This document shows, in pieces, positions 45,140-54,548 of a DNA stretch of 64,000 nucleotides (the first letter of the stretch is position 1; each line of letters opens with the position of its first letter). The stretch covers positions 2,240,001 to 2,304,000 of the forward strand of contig OZ242260.1 of NCBI GenBank assembly GCA_965207065.1, read 5' to 3'. The notes under the pieces are model-generated. The model made no database searches and had not been told where the DNA came from. It saw only the letters and a program-made list of their open reading frames with translations. This DNA comes from a bacterium. Its GTDB lineage: Bacteria; UBA8248. A program made the position numbers and the translations under genes.

Positions 45140-45752
45140 TTGCGCCAGGCTAAGCCCTGGAGAGGAGGACGCCATGACCTGAAACCTCTCGTAGCGACCC
45201 AGCGGGTTCGACTCCCGCCCGGCAAAGGCGAAGCCGGCCAGCCGGAAGCGAGTCTTGCATGGCGTGCGGCAACGCCCGTCGTGAAGCGTAGACAGCAGGT
45301 GATGAAGCGGCGGGGTAAGCCTCGAAATCGGTCAATCGACGACGCCTTCATTGTTAATCGTGTGGGGGCAGCACCGGGAGCGCCGCCAATGGCGAGGCGC
45401 AACGGGTCGTCCGGGGTCGTGGGCCGGCGCAAAGTCACGGGACGGGTCGCCAGGGAACCTGGGAGATCCTGCTCTTGCCCGTGGGAAAGAACGCTGGAAA
45501 GGGGACGGCCAGCGTGAACAATCCAGACCCCGGCCCGTCGCCGGACCTGCACGGCGGCGGGAGCGCCCCAGGGCGGACACGAACCCGGCAGGCGCCCGCG
45601 GAACCGGCTGGCGAAAACAATAAGCCGAAGGACATGCGAGGGCAGGAAGTCGTAGCGCCCTGATAGTACCGCTGAAGGCGGGGAACCGTGGCCATCGGGA
45701 CCCGCTGGAGGGAAGCGGGGCGTCATCTGTACAGAACCACTGATGGGAAACG

Positions 45753-48700
45753 ATGGAGGAAACTCTGAGTTCCACCAACACGTACACGAAACAGCAGTGG
45801 ATAGCCGAACAGGCGAGGGAGCATCCGGAGCGGGTGTTCACGTCCCTGCACCACCTCATCGACGGCGAGTGGATGCGCGAAGCGTATCGCCGCACGCGCA
45901 AGGATGGGGCGAGGGGTATCGACGGCGTGAGCGCCGCCGACTACGAGAAGGACCTGGAGGTGAATCTTGACGACCTCCTGAGCCGGATGAAGTCGGGTCG
46001 ATACTTTGCGCCGCCGGTGCGTCGGCACTACATCCCGAAGGCGGACGGCACGAAACGACCGCTCGGCATTCCGACGTTCGAAGACAAGGTGGCGCAGCGG
46101 GCAATCCTGATGCTGCTGGAGCCGATTTACGAGACGGACTTCCTGACGTGCTCGTACGGCTTCCGGCCCGGACGGTCGGCTCACGATGCCCTGGGCGCAC
46201 TTCGCACGGGCATCATCGAGCAGCGCCAACGGTGGGTGATTGACGCCGATATCTCGAAGAACTTCGACTCGATATCGCACACCCACCTGCGGTCAATCCT
46301 CGACCTGCGGATTAAGGACGGCGTCGTAAGGCGCATGATTGACAAATGGCTGAAAGCGGGGGTGCTCGAAGAGGGAGCCGTGCACAGGCCGGTCACCGGC
46401 ACTCCCCAAGGCGGGGTAATGACACCCCGAACGCAAAAGGCAACTTCCAGTTTGAGCGCCAGATTGTGGCGTGGCGGGATCGTTCGTTACTTGATTATCG
46501 TCGCAAGAGGTAATATCATTATGACAAATGACGCGTTCAACGAAGTCCCAGAAAGCCGAGCGGATCAACGCAGCCTACACGCTGCTCGCGCAGGGCGTCA
46601 CGGCGAACGAGGCTGTAGCGCTGCTATCGCAGCGTTTCGGCGTATCGAAGCGGCAGTCCTACCGCTACGTTCAGCAGGCGGTAGCCATGGACCGGCCGGC
46701 AGAGCCGGTCGAATCCCGGATTCCCATCACCATCAAGATTCCGGGCGTGTTGGCGCAAGCCCTGCGTACGCACGCCAGAAGCAGCGGCCAGGCCATCGGG
46801 GACATCGTTGCACGGGCCCTGAGACGCTTTCTCCCGGATGTGGATTGAAATGGCTGCGCGTCGCCCGGGTTCGCGGCCCGGCGTTGAACTTGATTATCGT
46901 TTCGATCGCCTGTTCGCAGCCAGGCTCCAGAATGCCTACGAGATACTGGTTCCTGATCAGGCCCACAAAATCCCTGCCCGAAGACATGACACAGGAGACG
47001 AGGATGAAAGTCGCAGCCCTTTATGCGCGAGTCTCGGGCGAGCAGCAGAGGGAGAGCAACACGATCGCCAGCCAGACCGAGGCGCTGGTCGAATACGCCA
47101 GGAACCACGGCTACAGCGTCGCGCCGGAGATGCTCGTCGAGGATGACGGCTACAGCGGCGCTGTTCTCGAGCGTCCGGGGCTGGAGCGGATCAGGGACCT
47201 CGCCGCGGAAGGGCGCTTCGATACATTGGTGGTTCATGCCCCGGACCGTTTGAGCCGCCGCTACGCCCACCAGATGCTGATCATCGAGGAGATGGCCCGC
47301 CAGGGCGTTGAGACCGTGTTCGTGAACGCGCCGTCGATGGAAACCCCGGAAGACAACCTCCTCGTCCAGTTCCAGGGCATGATCGCGGAATACGAGCGCG
47401 CACAGATCCTGGAGCGTTCGCGTCGCGGCAAGCGTCATCGGGCGCAGCGTGGTGAAGTTGCGGTTCTCGGAGGCGCGCCTTATGGCTACCGCTACCACAA
47501 GAAAACCTTCGAGAGCGATGCCTATTATGAAGTGCTCGAACCTCAGGCGTCGGTGGTTCGCGAAGTCTATCACTACTATACTCATGACCACATGAGCATT
47601 GGCGAGATCACCCGCAAGCTCAACGAGCGGGCGGTGCCCACGTCCTCCGGTCGCGGACGCTGGGAGCGTTCGGCCGTGTGGGCGATGCTGCGCAACCCGG
47701 CGTACAAGGGCAAGGCGTGTTTCGGCAAGACCCGCCAGATGCCGCGAAAAATCGTGACCCGTCCCTTGCGATTGCGCGGCGGTGTGGCCGGCGCCACCAC
47801 CGGCGGTCACGAGAAACCGCGTGAGGAATGGATCGAGATTCCGGTGCCGGCGATCGTCAGCGAGGAAACCTTCGCCCTGGCCGAAGAGCGGCTGGAGATG
47901 AACTAGGCCCGCGGGCCGCGCCGAACAAAGACGCCCAGCGTGGTGCAGGGGCTGGTCTCATGCGCCAAATGCGGCTATTCCCTGTATCGCACATCGACCC
48001 GGACGAGCGCCCGCACGATTTACTATTATCGCTGCCTGGGGCCCGATGCATGGCGGCATCTCAACGGGCCGGTATGCGACAATCGGCCGGTGCGCCAGGA
48101 TCTGCTTGACGAAGTTGTCTGGAGCGAAGTCGTCCGCCTTCTCGAGGATCCGAATCTGATCGGCGCCGAGATCGAGCGTCGGCTGGAGGCGGCCCGCGAC
48201 TCCGACCCCAGTCGGCAGCGCGAGACCGACTTGCGGCGCCGGTTGATCAGGGGACGAAAGAGTATCGACCGCCTGGTCAATGCCTATCAGGAGGAGCTGA
48301 TCACCATCGACGAACTGCGCGAGAGAACGCCCGAACTACGTCGTCAGGAACAGGCCCTTCATCGTGAGCTGCAGTCCGTTGTCGACCAGGTCAAGGATCG
48401 GGAAACCTACCTCCGGCTCGCCGACACGCTGACCGGGTTCCTGGCGCGGCTTCGCCCTCCGCCCGGACTCTGGGTGCCATCGAGCAACAGCTCCTTGTCC
48501 GTCTCCTCGTCAAGGAGGTATTGGTCAGTGAGGAGAAGATCACCATTCGCCATTCCATCCCGATCCCGGGGACGTCCCGTGGCAGTCCGGCCCCGTCCGA
48601 ACCCGACGACGGAGGCGAAAAGCAAAGTTACCTTTTGCGTTCGGGGTGTCATCTCGCCAATGCTTTCCAACATCTTCCTGCACCACGTGCTGGATAAGTG

Positions 48701-49325
48701 GTTCGAGGAAGAGGCGAGGCCGCGCTTGCGCGGAAACTGCCAGTTGGTGCGATTCGCCGACGACTTTGTCGTCGCCCTGGAAGACCGCCACAGCGGCAAG
48801 CGATTGCTTGACGTGCTGGGCAAACGTCTCGGCCGATACGGACTCACGCTCCATGAGACCAAGACGCGCTATGTGGACTTCCGCCGGAGGCGTCCCTACG
48901 GGCGTCACTGGATGGCGTCGGCCACGACGTTCGACTTCCTCGGCTTCACCCACGTCTGGGGGCGGTCGATGCAAGGCAAGGACGTCGTCCGCCAAATCAC
49001 GGCGAAAGGCCGCTTCGCCCGCGCGCTGAAATCGGTGCACGAATGGTGCAAGAGAAACCGGCACCTGCCGGTCAAGGCGCAGCATGACTATCTCGTCCGG
49101 GCGATACGAAGCCACTGCGCATATTACGGTCTGAGGGGGAACGGCAAACGTCTTCGGTGGTTCCGCTACCAGGTGGCTCGCACGTGGCGGAAGTGGCTTG
49201 CGCGCCGCAACCGCCTGCGTCGCATGAACCGGGACTGGATGAACGCGCTCCTCATGCGATACCCTCTTCCATATGTCTCTTACGCGCGCTCACGGCAAAG
49301 CTTCCTGAGCGAACCTGTCAGGTGA
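45753..49325 (+). CDS. ltrA: Group II intron reverse transcriptase/maturase, interrupted (45753..46420 + 48653..49325 = 446 aa; no endonuclease domain evident)
   Basis: RPLGIPTFEDK, SYGFRPGRSAH, GTPQGGV|ISP, VRFADD, FDFLGFT. Confidence 0.92.
46528..46848 (+). CDS. Small HTH / ribbon-helix-helix-like accessory protein of the recombinase element
   Basis: LSQRFGVSKRQSYRY; ITIKIP...IGDIVARALRRFL. Confidence 0.65.
   Translation: MTRSTKSQKAERINAAYTLLAQGVTANEAVALLSQRFGVSKRQSYRYVQQAVAMDRPAEPVESRIPITIKIPGVLAQALRTHARSSGQAIGDIVARALRRFLPDVD
47004..48650 (+). pseudogene. Large serine recombinase (resolvase, recombinase and Zn-ribbon domains), inactivated
   Basis: YARVS, DDGYSG...RPGL, DRLSR, CAKCG; in-frame TAG 47904-06; frameshift near 48455; corrected frame runs into the right IR (YLLRSG). 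Confidence 0.9.
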
Positions 49326-49443
49326 GGAACCGAGTGCGTCAATCGCGCACGCTCGGGTCTGTGGGGGGCGGGGCGCAGAAATGCCCCCGCCTACCCGGCC
49401 AATGCTCCGTAACCGTTCGGCGACAGGGTGATGGGAGTTGTTT

Positions 49444-50315
49444 CAGCGATTGAGGACTTGCTTCCAGTTGTTCCGGAGGGGACGTAGTCAGACATCCTTT
49501 TTGGGTTTGTCGTGGCGTTTGTACCTGTCGTATCGTCCGCGTCCCTGTGTGGTTCCGACGTGAATCCATCCTGAAGCCCTGTAGACGGCGCCGGTGTAGC
49601 GCGGCGTCTCGACGAAGGTCTCGATGAGGACGGGGGTGGTATTGTAGCGTTCGGTCCAGTCGTCGGGCAGGCGCCGGCGGATGATGGCGAGGAGATGCGA
49701 GCCGAGGTTGGGGATCTTGATCCATGGCAGGATGAGGAACCTCGGGTTGTCGACCACGAGGGGAAGGTTCTTCTCGCGCAACTGCGGCGTCCAGCCGATG
49801 AAGGCATCGCGCGGGGCGAGCTTCCACGCGGCGGTGGAGAAGCCGAGCATGGCGAGGGGCCTGCCGCCCCGGTCATGTACGGCGTAGCGCATCTGGGCGC
49901 CGACGAGGGTCTTGTAGCCGAGGTAGTGGTAGCGTGCGACGAACTCGTTCCAGAGCCTGCCCTCGCGGGTTCCGCGCACGACGATGCGCATCCCGAGGGG
50001 ACGGACCTCGTCGAGGGTCTCGGGCGCCGGGATGAGAGGCGCTTCGGTGTCTGGCCCGAAGACGATCGGCCGGGCCGGGTGCCGCGGGCGCTTCGGCGGG
50101 GGAAGCGTGATCAGGCCGTCTCTGTGCATGGCGAGCATGGTCACCCGGGCCATCATGTCCTTGAGTCCGCCGTCGGGCTTGAACCAGCCGATGCGCCGGC
50201 AGAACTCCTTGGAGAGCACGTTGCGATTGAGCGCGGGAGGGCCGGCGATCAGTTCGCGCAGCAGCGCCATCTCTTCCGTCGTGAAGTCGCGTCCGTAGTA
50301 GCGGCACTCGATCAC
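49444..50315 (-). CDS. DUF4338 (DruA-like) protein; premature TGA at 49488 trims about 14 aa
   Basis: WNEFVARYHYLGY, RDAFIGW, RFLILPW, NLGSH, LIETFV, YRASGW..VGTTQGRGR; TGG>TGA relative to the 44558 copy. Confidence 0.85.
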
Positions 50316-50319
50316 GGCG

Positions 50320-52632
50320 TCATCCCGGCGCCGTGAGGGCGCGCCTGCGCTCGGCGCTCATCGACCAGGGCAGCCACGCGGAGAGGTCCCCGGGCGCCCG
50401 GCCGCCGATCTGCGCGCAGGCGGTGAGCCATGCATCGAGCCAGCGGAGCGGGTCGATGCCGTTCGAGGAGAGTGTGCCGAGGACCGAGTACATCATTGCC
50501 GTGAACCCGGCGCCGGCCTCGCTGTCGGAGCCGAACGAGAGCCGCCTCCCGATCACGGGACCCCTGAGCACGCGTTCGATGGCGTTATTATCTGTCGGCA
50601 CCCAGGGGCGCTCGAGGAAGACGCTCAGCCCCTCGCGGTGGTTCAGCAGCGAGCGAAGCGCCTTGCCCTCGCGCGCCTGCGCTGGCAGGGCGGCCAGTTC
50701 GCGTCGGGCCTGCGCGAACAGGCCCTCGAGCGCCTTCTTCAATTCGTCGTGCGCCGCGTCGAACGCCGCGTCCTGGTGTTCGAGACCTGAGTCGTAACGG
50801 GCCAGGCGCGCCTCGTTCAGGCGGTAGAGCAAGGCGATCCGCTCGATCCACCTCTCGCACCACGGCGTCAGGCGCGCCTCGCCGGCCGCGCAGTCGATAA
50901 TGGTTCTTCTTTGGTGTACCCAACATGATGCGAGAGTGACCAGACCCCCGAGTTCGCGCGCCAGCTTCTTGTAGGCGCTGTAGCGGTCGCAGACGAGGAC
51001 CGTATGGCGGCCGGCCGCGCCGAAGAGCTTCATCGCGACCTCCGCACTCCGCGAGGGGTCGACGTGGAAGTAGACGGAGTCTGCGCTTAACGAGGCCCAC
51101 AGCCAGGCGCGGCTCGAGCGCCCCTGCTCGCGAAGCGACTGTATCCGCCAGGTCGTCTCGTCCCCGTGGCGCAGCGCAGACTCGTTCTGGCGGGCGAGGA
51201 TAGCCCCGGCCAGCGGCTCGAACAGGGGCGTGAACCGGTGCGCGCTGTCGCCCAGCGTCCCCGCCGAGACGGCAAGCCCCTGGTCGGAGAGCCACGCGGC
51301 GACCCGGCGCAGCGGGCGGAAGCAGGCGTAGCGCTCGAACAGGAAGCGCGCCCATACGCTCGTCCCGAAGGACGTGCCCGCGAACAGGCGCGGCGCGGGC
51401 GGCGCCGACACCTCCATGGGAGACGATGCGCATTCGCACCCCCGGCGCCACCTCGGACGGCGGATGACGCGCTTGTGGGCCGAGACCTCGATCTCGACGA
51501 GGCTCGATACACGCGCGCCGTTGGCCACGTAGGGCTGCCCGCAACAGGCGCAGACGCGCGCACCGGGCGGCGGGTTGCGAACTTCCGTCCTCGCCTCGAG
51601 CGCGGGACGAGGGGTGCGGCCATGGCCCCGGGCGCCGGGCTGCCCGCCGCGCCTGCGCTCCGAGCGTGGCTTCTCCTGCCGCTCGCTCTTGCGCCCGAAC
51701 AGCCTCCTCGCCAGCACCGCTCCCGTGGCGCGAAGCTTCGCGAGTTCGGCCTCCAGCCGCGCACGGCGGGCTTCCGACTTGCGTAGCGCACGGCGCAACC
51801 GCGCGTTCTCCCTGGTCAGGGACCCGAGCGCCGTCTTCTGGCGCCGCGACCTCCCCAGGGCCTTGCGAAGCGCCTCGTCCGAACGAGGCGTCCTCGAGCG
51901 CGCCGCCTCCTTCGCGCGCAACAGCCGCTCCTTCAGCCCCTCCTTCACTCTGGCTGCGGCCCTGAGAGAGACCCGCAAATCGTCGCGCGATTCCCGTAAC
52001 TTCCCGTAGAGCCGGATAAGCTCCTCTTCACGATACCCGATGGTCTTCTTGTGATCCGCCGTCTCCAGCTTCTCCCAGGCCAGCCGATCCTCCAGCCGGG
52101 CGACATCCTTCTCCCGCCCCTCAAGCTCCTCGCGAAGAGACTCTATCGTCTTCTCCTGCTTCTCCACGACCCGGCGCAGCCGCGCGGCCTCCTTCGGTGG
52201 CAAAGCGCCCGAGAGGGCCTTGTTCAACCGGGCCACATCCTTGCGCAGCGACTCGAGCGGGCTGCGCTCCCCCGGCTCGACTCCCGCTTCCGCGAGCAGC
52301 TTCTCCAGCCGCGCCACTTCCGCCTTGAGCGACAGCGCGTCCTTCGCCGCGCGGCGGGCTTCCTTCGCCTCCCCGGCTACCTCCTCAAGCTTCCTCCGGC
52401 TCTTGTCGAGACACCACTTCAGCGAACCCGCCCGCGCGCGCGAATCCACTTCCGCCCACCGCAACTCCTCGCAGCGCGCCTCCGCCGCCTCCGCGCGCGC
52501 ACGCGCGCGCTCGTACAGCGAACGCCAGTACGCCTCTGCTGTTGCGGGCAACCCGGGAGAATGAGGACATGGGGCATCCGGCCTCTCGACCAACGCCGGC
52601 TTCGTCTCGACAGCTTCCGTGCAAATCTTCAT
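50320..52632 (-). CDS. IS66-family transposase with long N-terminal coiled coil
   Basis: LFGRKSE, CACCG Zn motif, HGDETTW, VCDRYSAY, CWVHQRR, TDNNAIERVLR. Confidence 0.92.
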   Translation of the reverse strand: MKICTEAVETKPALVERPDAPCPHSPGLPATAEAYWRSLYERARARAEAAEARCEELRWAEVDSRARAGSLKWCLDKSRRKLEEVAGEAKEARRAAKDALSLKAEVARLEKLLAEAGVEPGERSPLESLRKDVARLNKALSGALPPKEAARLRRVVEKQEKTIESLREELEGREKDVARLEDRLAWEKLETADHKKTIGYREEELIRLYGKLRESRDDLRVSLRAAARVKEGLKERLLRAKEAARSRTPRSDEALRKALGRSRRQKTALGSLTRENARLRRALRKSEARRARLEAELAKLRATGAVLARRLFGRKSERQEKPRSERRRGGQPGARGHGRTPRPALEARTEVRNPPPGARVCACCGQPYVANGARVSSLVEIEVSAHKRVIRRPRWRRGCECASSPMEVSAPPAPRLFAGTSFGTSVWARFLFERYACFRPLRRVAAWLSDQGLAVSAGTLGDSAHRFTPLFEPLAGAILARQNESALRHGDETTWRIQSLREQGRSSRAWLWASLSADSVYFHVDPSRSAEVAMKLFGAAGRHTVLVCDRYSAYKKLARELGGLVTLASCWVHQRRTIIDCAAGEARLTPWCERWIERIALLYRLNEARLARYDSGLEHQDAAFDAAHDELKKALEGLFAQARRELAALPAQAREGKALRSLLNHREGLSVFLERPWVPTDNNAIERVLRGPVIGRRLSFGSDSEAGAGFTAMMYSVLGTLSSNGIDPLRWLDAWLTACAQIGGRAPGDLSAWLPWSMSAERRRALTAPG

Positions 52633-52739
52633 GCCGACATGATTACCACATGCCGAAAAGTGTTACCAGAGCTTCAGGGAAATCTCTTCGATTATCCGGG
52701 ATGAGAAAAGCGGGCCATCACCCTGTCGCCGAACGGTTA

Positions 52740-53548
52740 TTGCGCCAGGCTAAGCCCTGGAGAGGAGGATGCCATGACCTGAAACCTCTCGTAGCGACCC
52801 AGAGGGTTCGACTCCCGCCCGGCAAAGGCGAAGCCGGCCAGCCGGAAGCGAGTCTTGCATGGCGTGCGGCAACGCCCGTCGTGAAGCGTAGACAGCAGGT
52901 GATGAAGCGGCGGGGTAAGCCTCGAAATCGGTCAATCGACGACGCCTTCATTGTTAATCGTGTGGGGGCAGCACCGGGAGCGCCGCCAATGGCGAGGCGC
53001 AACGGGTCGTCCGGGGTCGTGGGCCGGCGCAAAGTCACGGGACGGGTCGCCAGGGAACCTGGGAGATCCTGCTCTTGCCCGTGGGCAAGAACGCTGGAAA
53101 GGGGACGGCCAGCGTGAACAATCCAGACCCCGGCCCGTCGCCGGACCTGCACGGCGGCGGGAGCGCCCCAGGGCGGACACGAACCCGGCAGGCGCCCGCG
53201 GAACCGGCTGGCCAAAACAATAAGCCGAAGGACATGCGAGGGTAGGAAGTCGTAGCGCCCTGATAGTACCGCTGAAGGCGGGGAACCGTGGCCATCGGGA
53301 CCCGCTGGAGGGAAGCGGGGCGTCATCTGTACAGAACCACTGATGGGAAACGATGGAGGAAACTCTGAGTTCCACCAACACGTACACGAAACAGCAGTGG
53401 ATAGCCGAACAGGCGAGGAATGCCTCGACCTGCGGACCAAGGGTGACAACCCCTTGAGCGAACCTGTCAGGTGAGGAACCGAGTGCGTCAATCGCGCACG
53501 CTCGGGTCTGCGGGGGGAGGGGCGCAGCAATGCCCCCTCCTACCCGGC
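52740..53548 (+). ncRNA. ORF-less group II intron, copy C (809 nt)
   Basis: Same length and deletion junction as copy A, at least 2 SNPs apart. Confidence 0.92.
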
Positions 53549-53961
53549 CAATGCTCCGGCGACAACGACCCCCCGGGATACGCAGGCATTGTAACGAATC
53601 CGCTTGCGGGTTGATTACGGGTCGTGGAGGGTGGATTTCGAAGATTCAGTTAAAGATAATACTATCAATATATTAGATAGATATGTGTCTAATCTAACCG
53701 GATGGATGCACCTAATTTATCGAATAACCCCGTGAATTTATCTATATTTACGGAAATGATTATTTGCATTTCGCATGTTCCCCGCTTCGACTGATCGACG
53801 GCCCGGCTCCTGCGATCCGCGCCCCTTCCACCCCCTGAAAAAAGAAAGCCGACGGGCTGTCTCCCGAGCATACCCCATCCCCCCGGAAATTCCGTAACGG
53901 CGAATGCGGGCACATGCGCGCGCCGAACGCGACCTGTTCGGGACGAGGAGGAAGAGAACCA

Positions 53962-54103
53962 ACCCCCCTACCCCCCCTTGTCAGGGGTCAAACGCGAGTG
54001 AGGAACGAGCGTTTGCATAAGCCATTGGCGGGAAACGCATCGGCTTGCAATTCCTCTCTCCCCGGTCGGAATTGACCCCTGACAAGGGGGGGTAGGGGGG
54101 GGT
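53962..54103. repeat. Palindromic intergenic element (about 29-bp arms, structured interior)
   Basis: cccccctacccccccttgtcaggggtcaa / ttgacccctgacaagggggggtagggggg. Confidence 0.8.
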
Positions 54104-54548
54104 GACTATATGGGTTTTCCTTTCAAGGTGGTTGCCTTTACCCACTCAAGGCCTTTTTCAACAACCCCGAGGAGCGAGCGTTCGCAGGCCGGGGGACGGT
54201 CTCCATCATTGCGGGAAATCAAACCCTACCGATGAGAGAGTTCACGGTCTTCAAGCGTCATCGTCCCGGGGCCATCTTTCGCGTCGACTTGCGATGCCGG
54301 CGGCATCGCCGATTCCGGATTCCGGCATTCGCAAACCACCTTGCCCGGGGCCGGTTCCACCGATTTTCAGACCATTGCAAATCATCCCGGTTTCCCGTAT
54401 ACACGAACAATATAGAGAATGACAAAAGGAAGCTCTCGAACTCGTGGTCCGCACATGTGCGGGGGCATGCGACGGCCGACGATGAGCGACGCGACAGGGT
54501 TCGCCATCATGGGGAAATCGGGGTCGCCGCAGCCGGAATAGGAGAGTC

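Larger units (their letters stand above)
46421..48650 (+). mobile_element. Large serine recombinase element with 26-bp terminal IRs and 2-bp AT duplication
   Basis: gacaccccgaacgcaaaaggcaactt ... aagttaccttttgcgttcggggtgtc (25/26); AT at 46419-20 and 48651-52. Confidence 0.92.
45140..49399 (+). ncRNA. Full-length group II intron, copy B (about 2028 nt without the nested element)
   Basis: TTGCG start, RT ORF in domain IV, DV/DVI at 49324-49399 ending cctAcccggc. Confidence 0.93.
49409..53549 (-). mobile_element. IS66-like element (transposase plus DUF4338), 26-bp TIRs, 8-bp TSD AATGCTCC, intron C inside its left TIR
   Basis: gtaaccgttcggcgacagggtgatgg at 49409; complement at 52715..52739 plus C53549; aatgctcc at 49401-08 and 53550-57. 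Confidence 0.93.

Noticed and set aside
45753-47906. 717-aa apparent RT-serine recombinase fusion ORF
   Set aside because: Chance read-through: the RT is cut at 46420 by an element with clear IRs and an AT duplication, and the recombinase has its own RBS and ATG at 47004.
47940-49325. 461-aa apparent recombinase-RT fusion ORF
   Set aside because: Created by the frameshift near 48455 running through the right IR into the RT C-terminal half.
45753-49325. Diversity-generating retroelement or retron
   Set aside because: The RT is flanked by group II intron domains; no template/variable repeat pair with A-specific mismatches was seen.
49395-49403. Canonical AY intron end at ...GGCCAAT
   Set aside because: It would consume the TIR terminal C and part of the 8-bp TSD, and would put the bulged A too far from the end.
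44558-50315. Druantia defence system
   Set aside because: Only DUF4338 is present, inside IS TIRs; no DruE helicase or other dru genes in the window.
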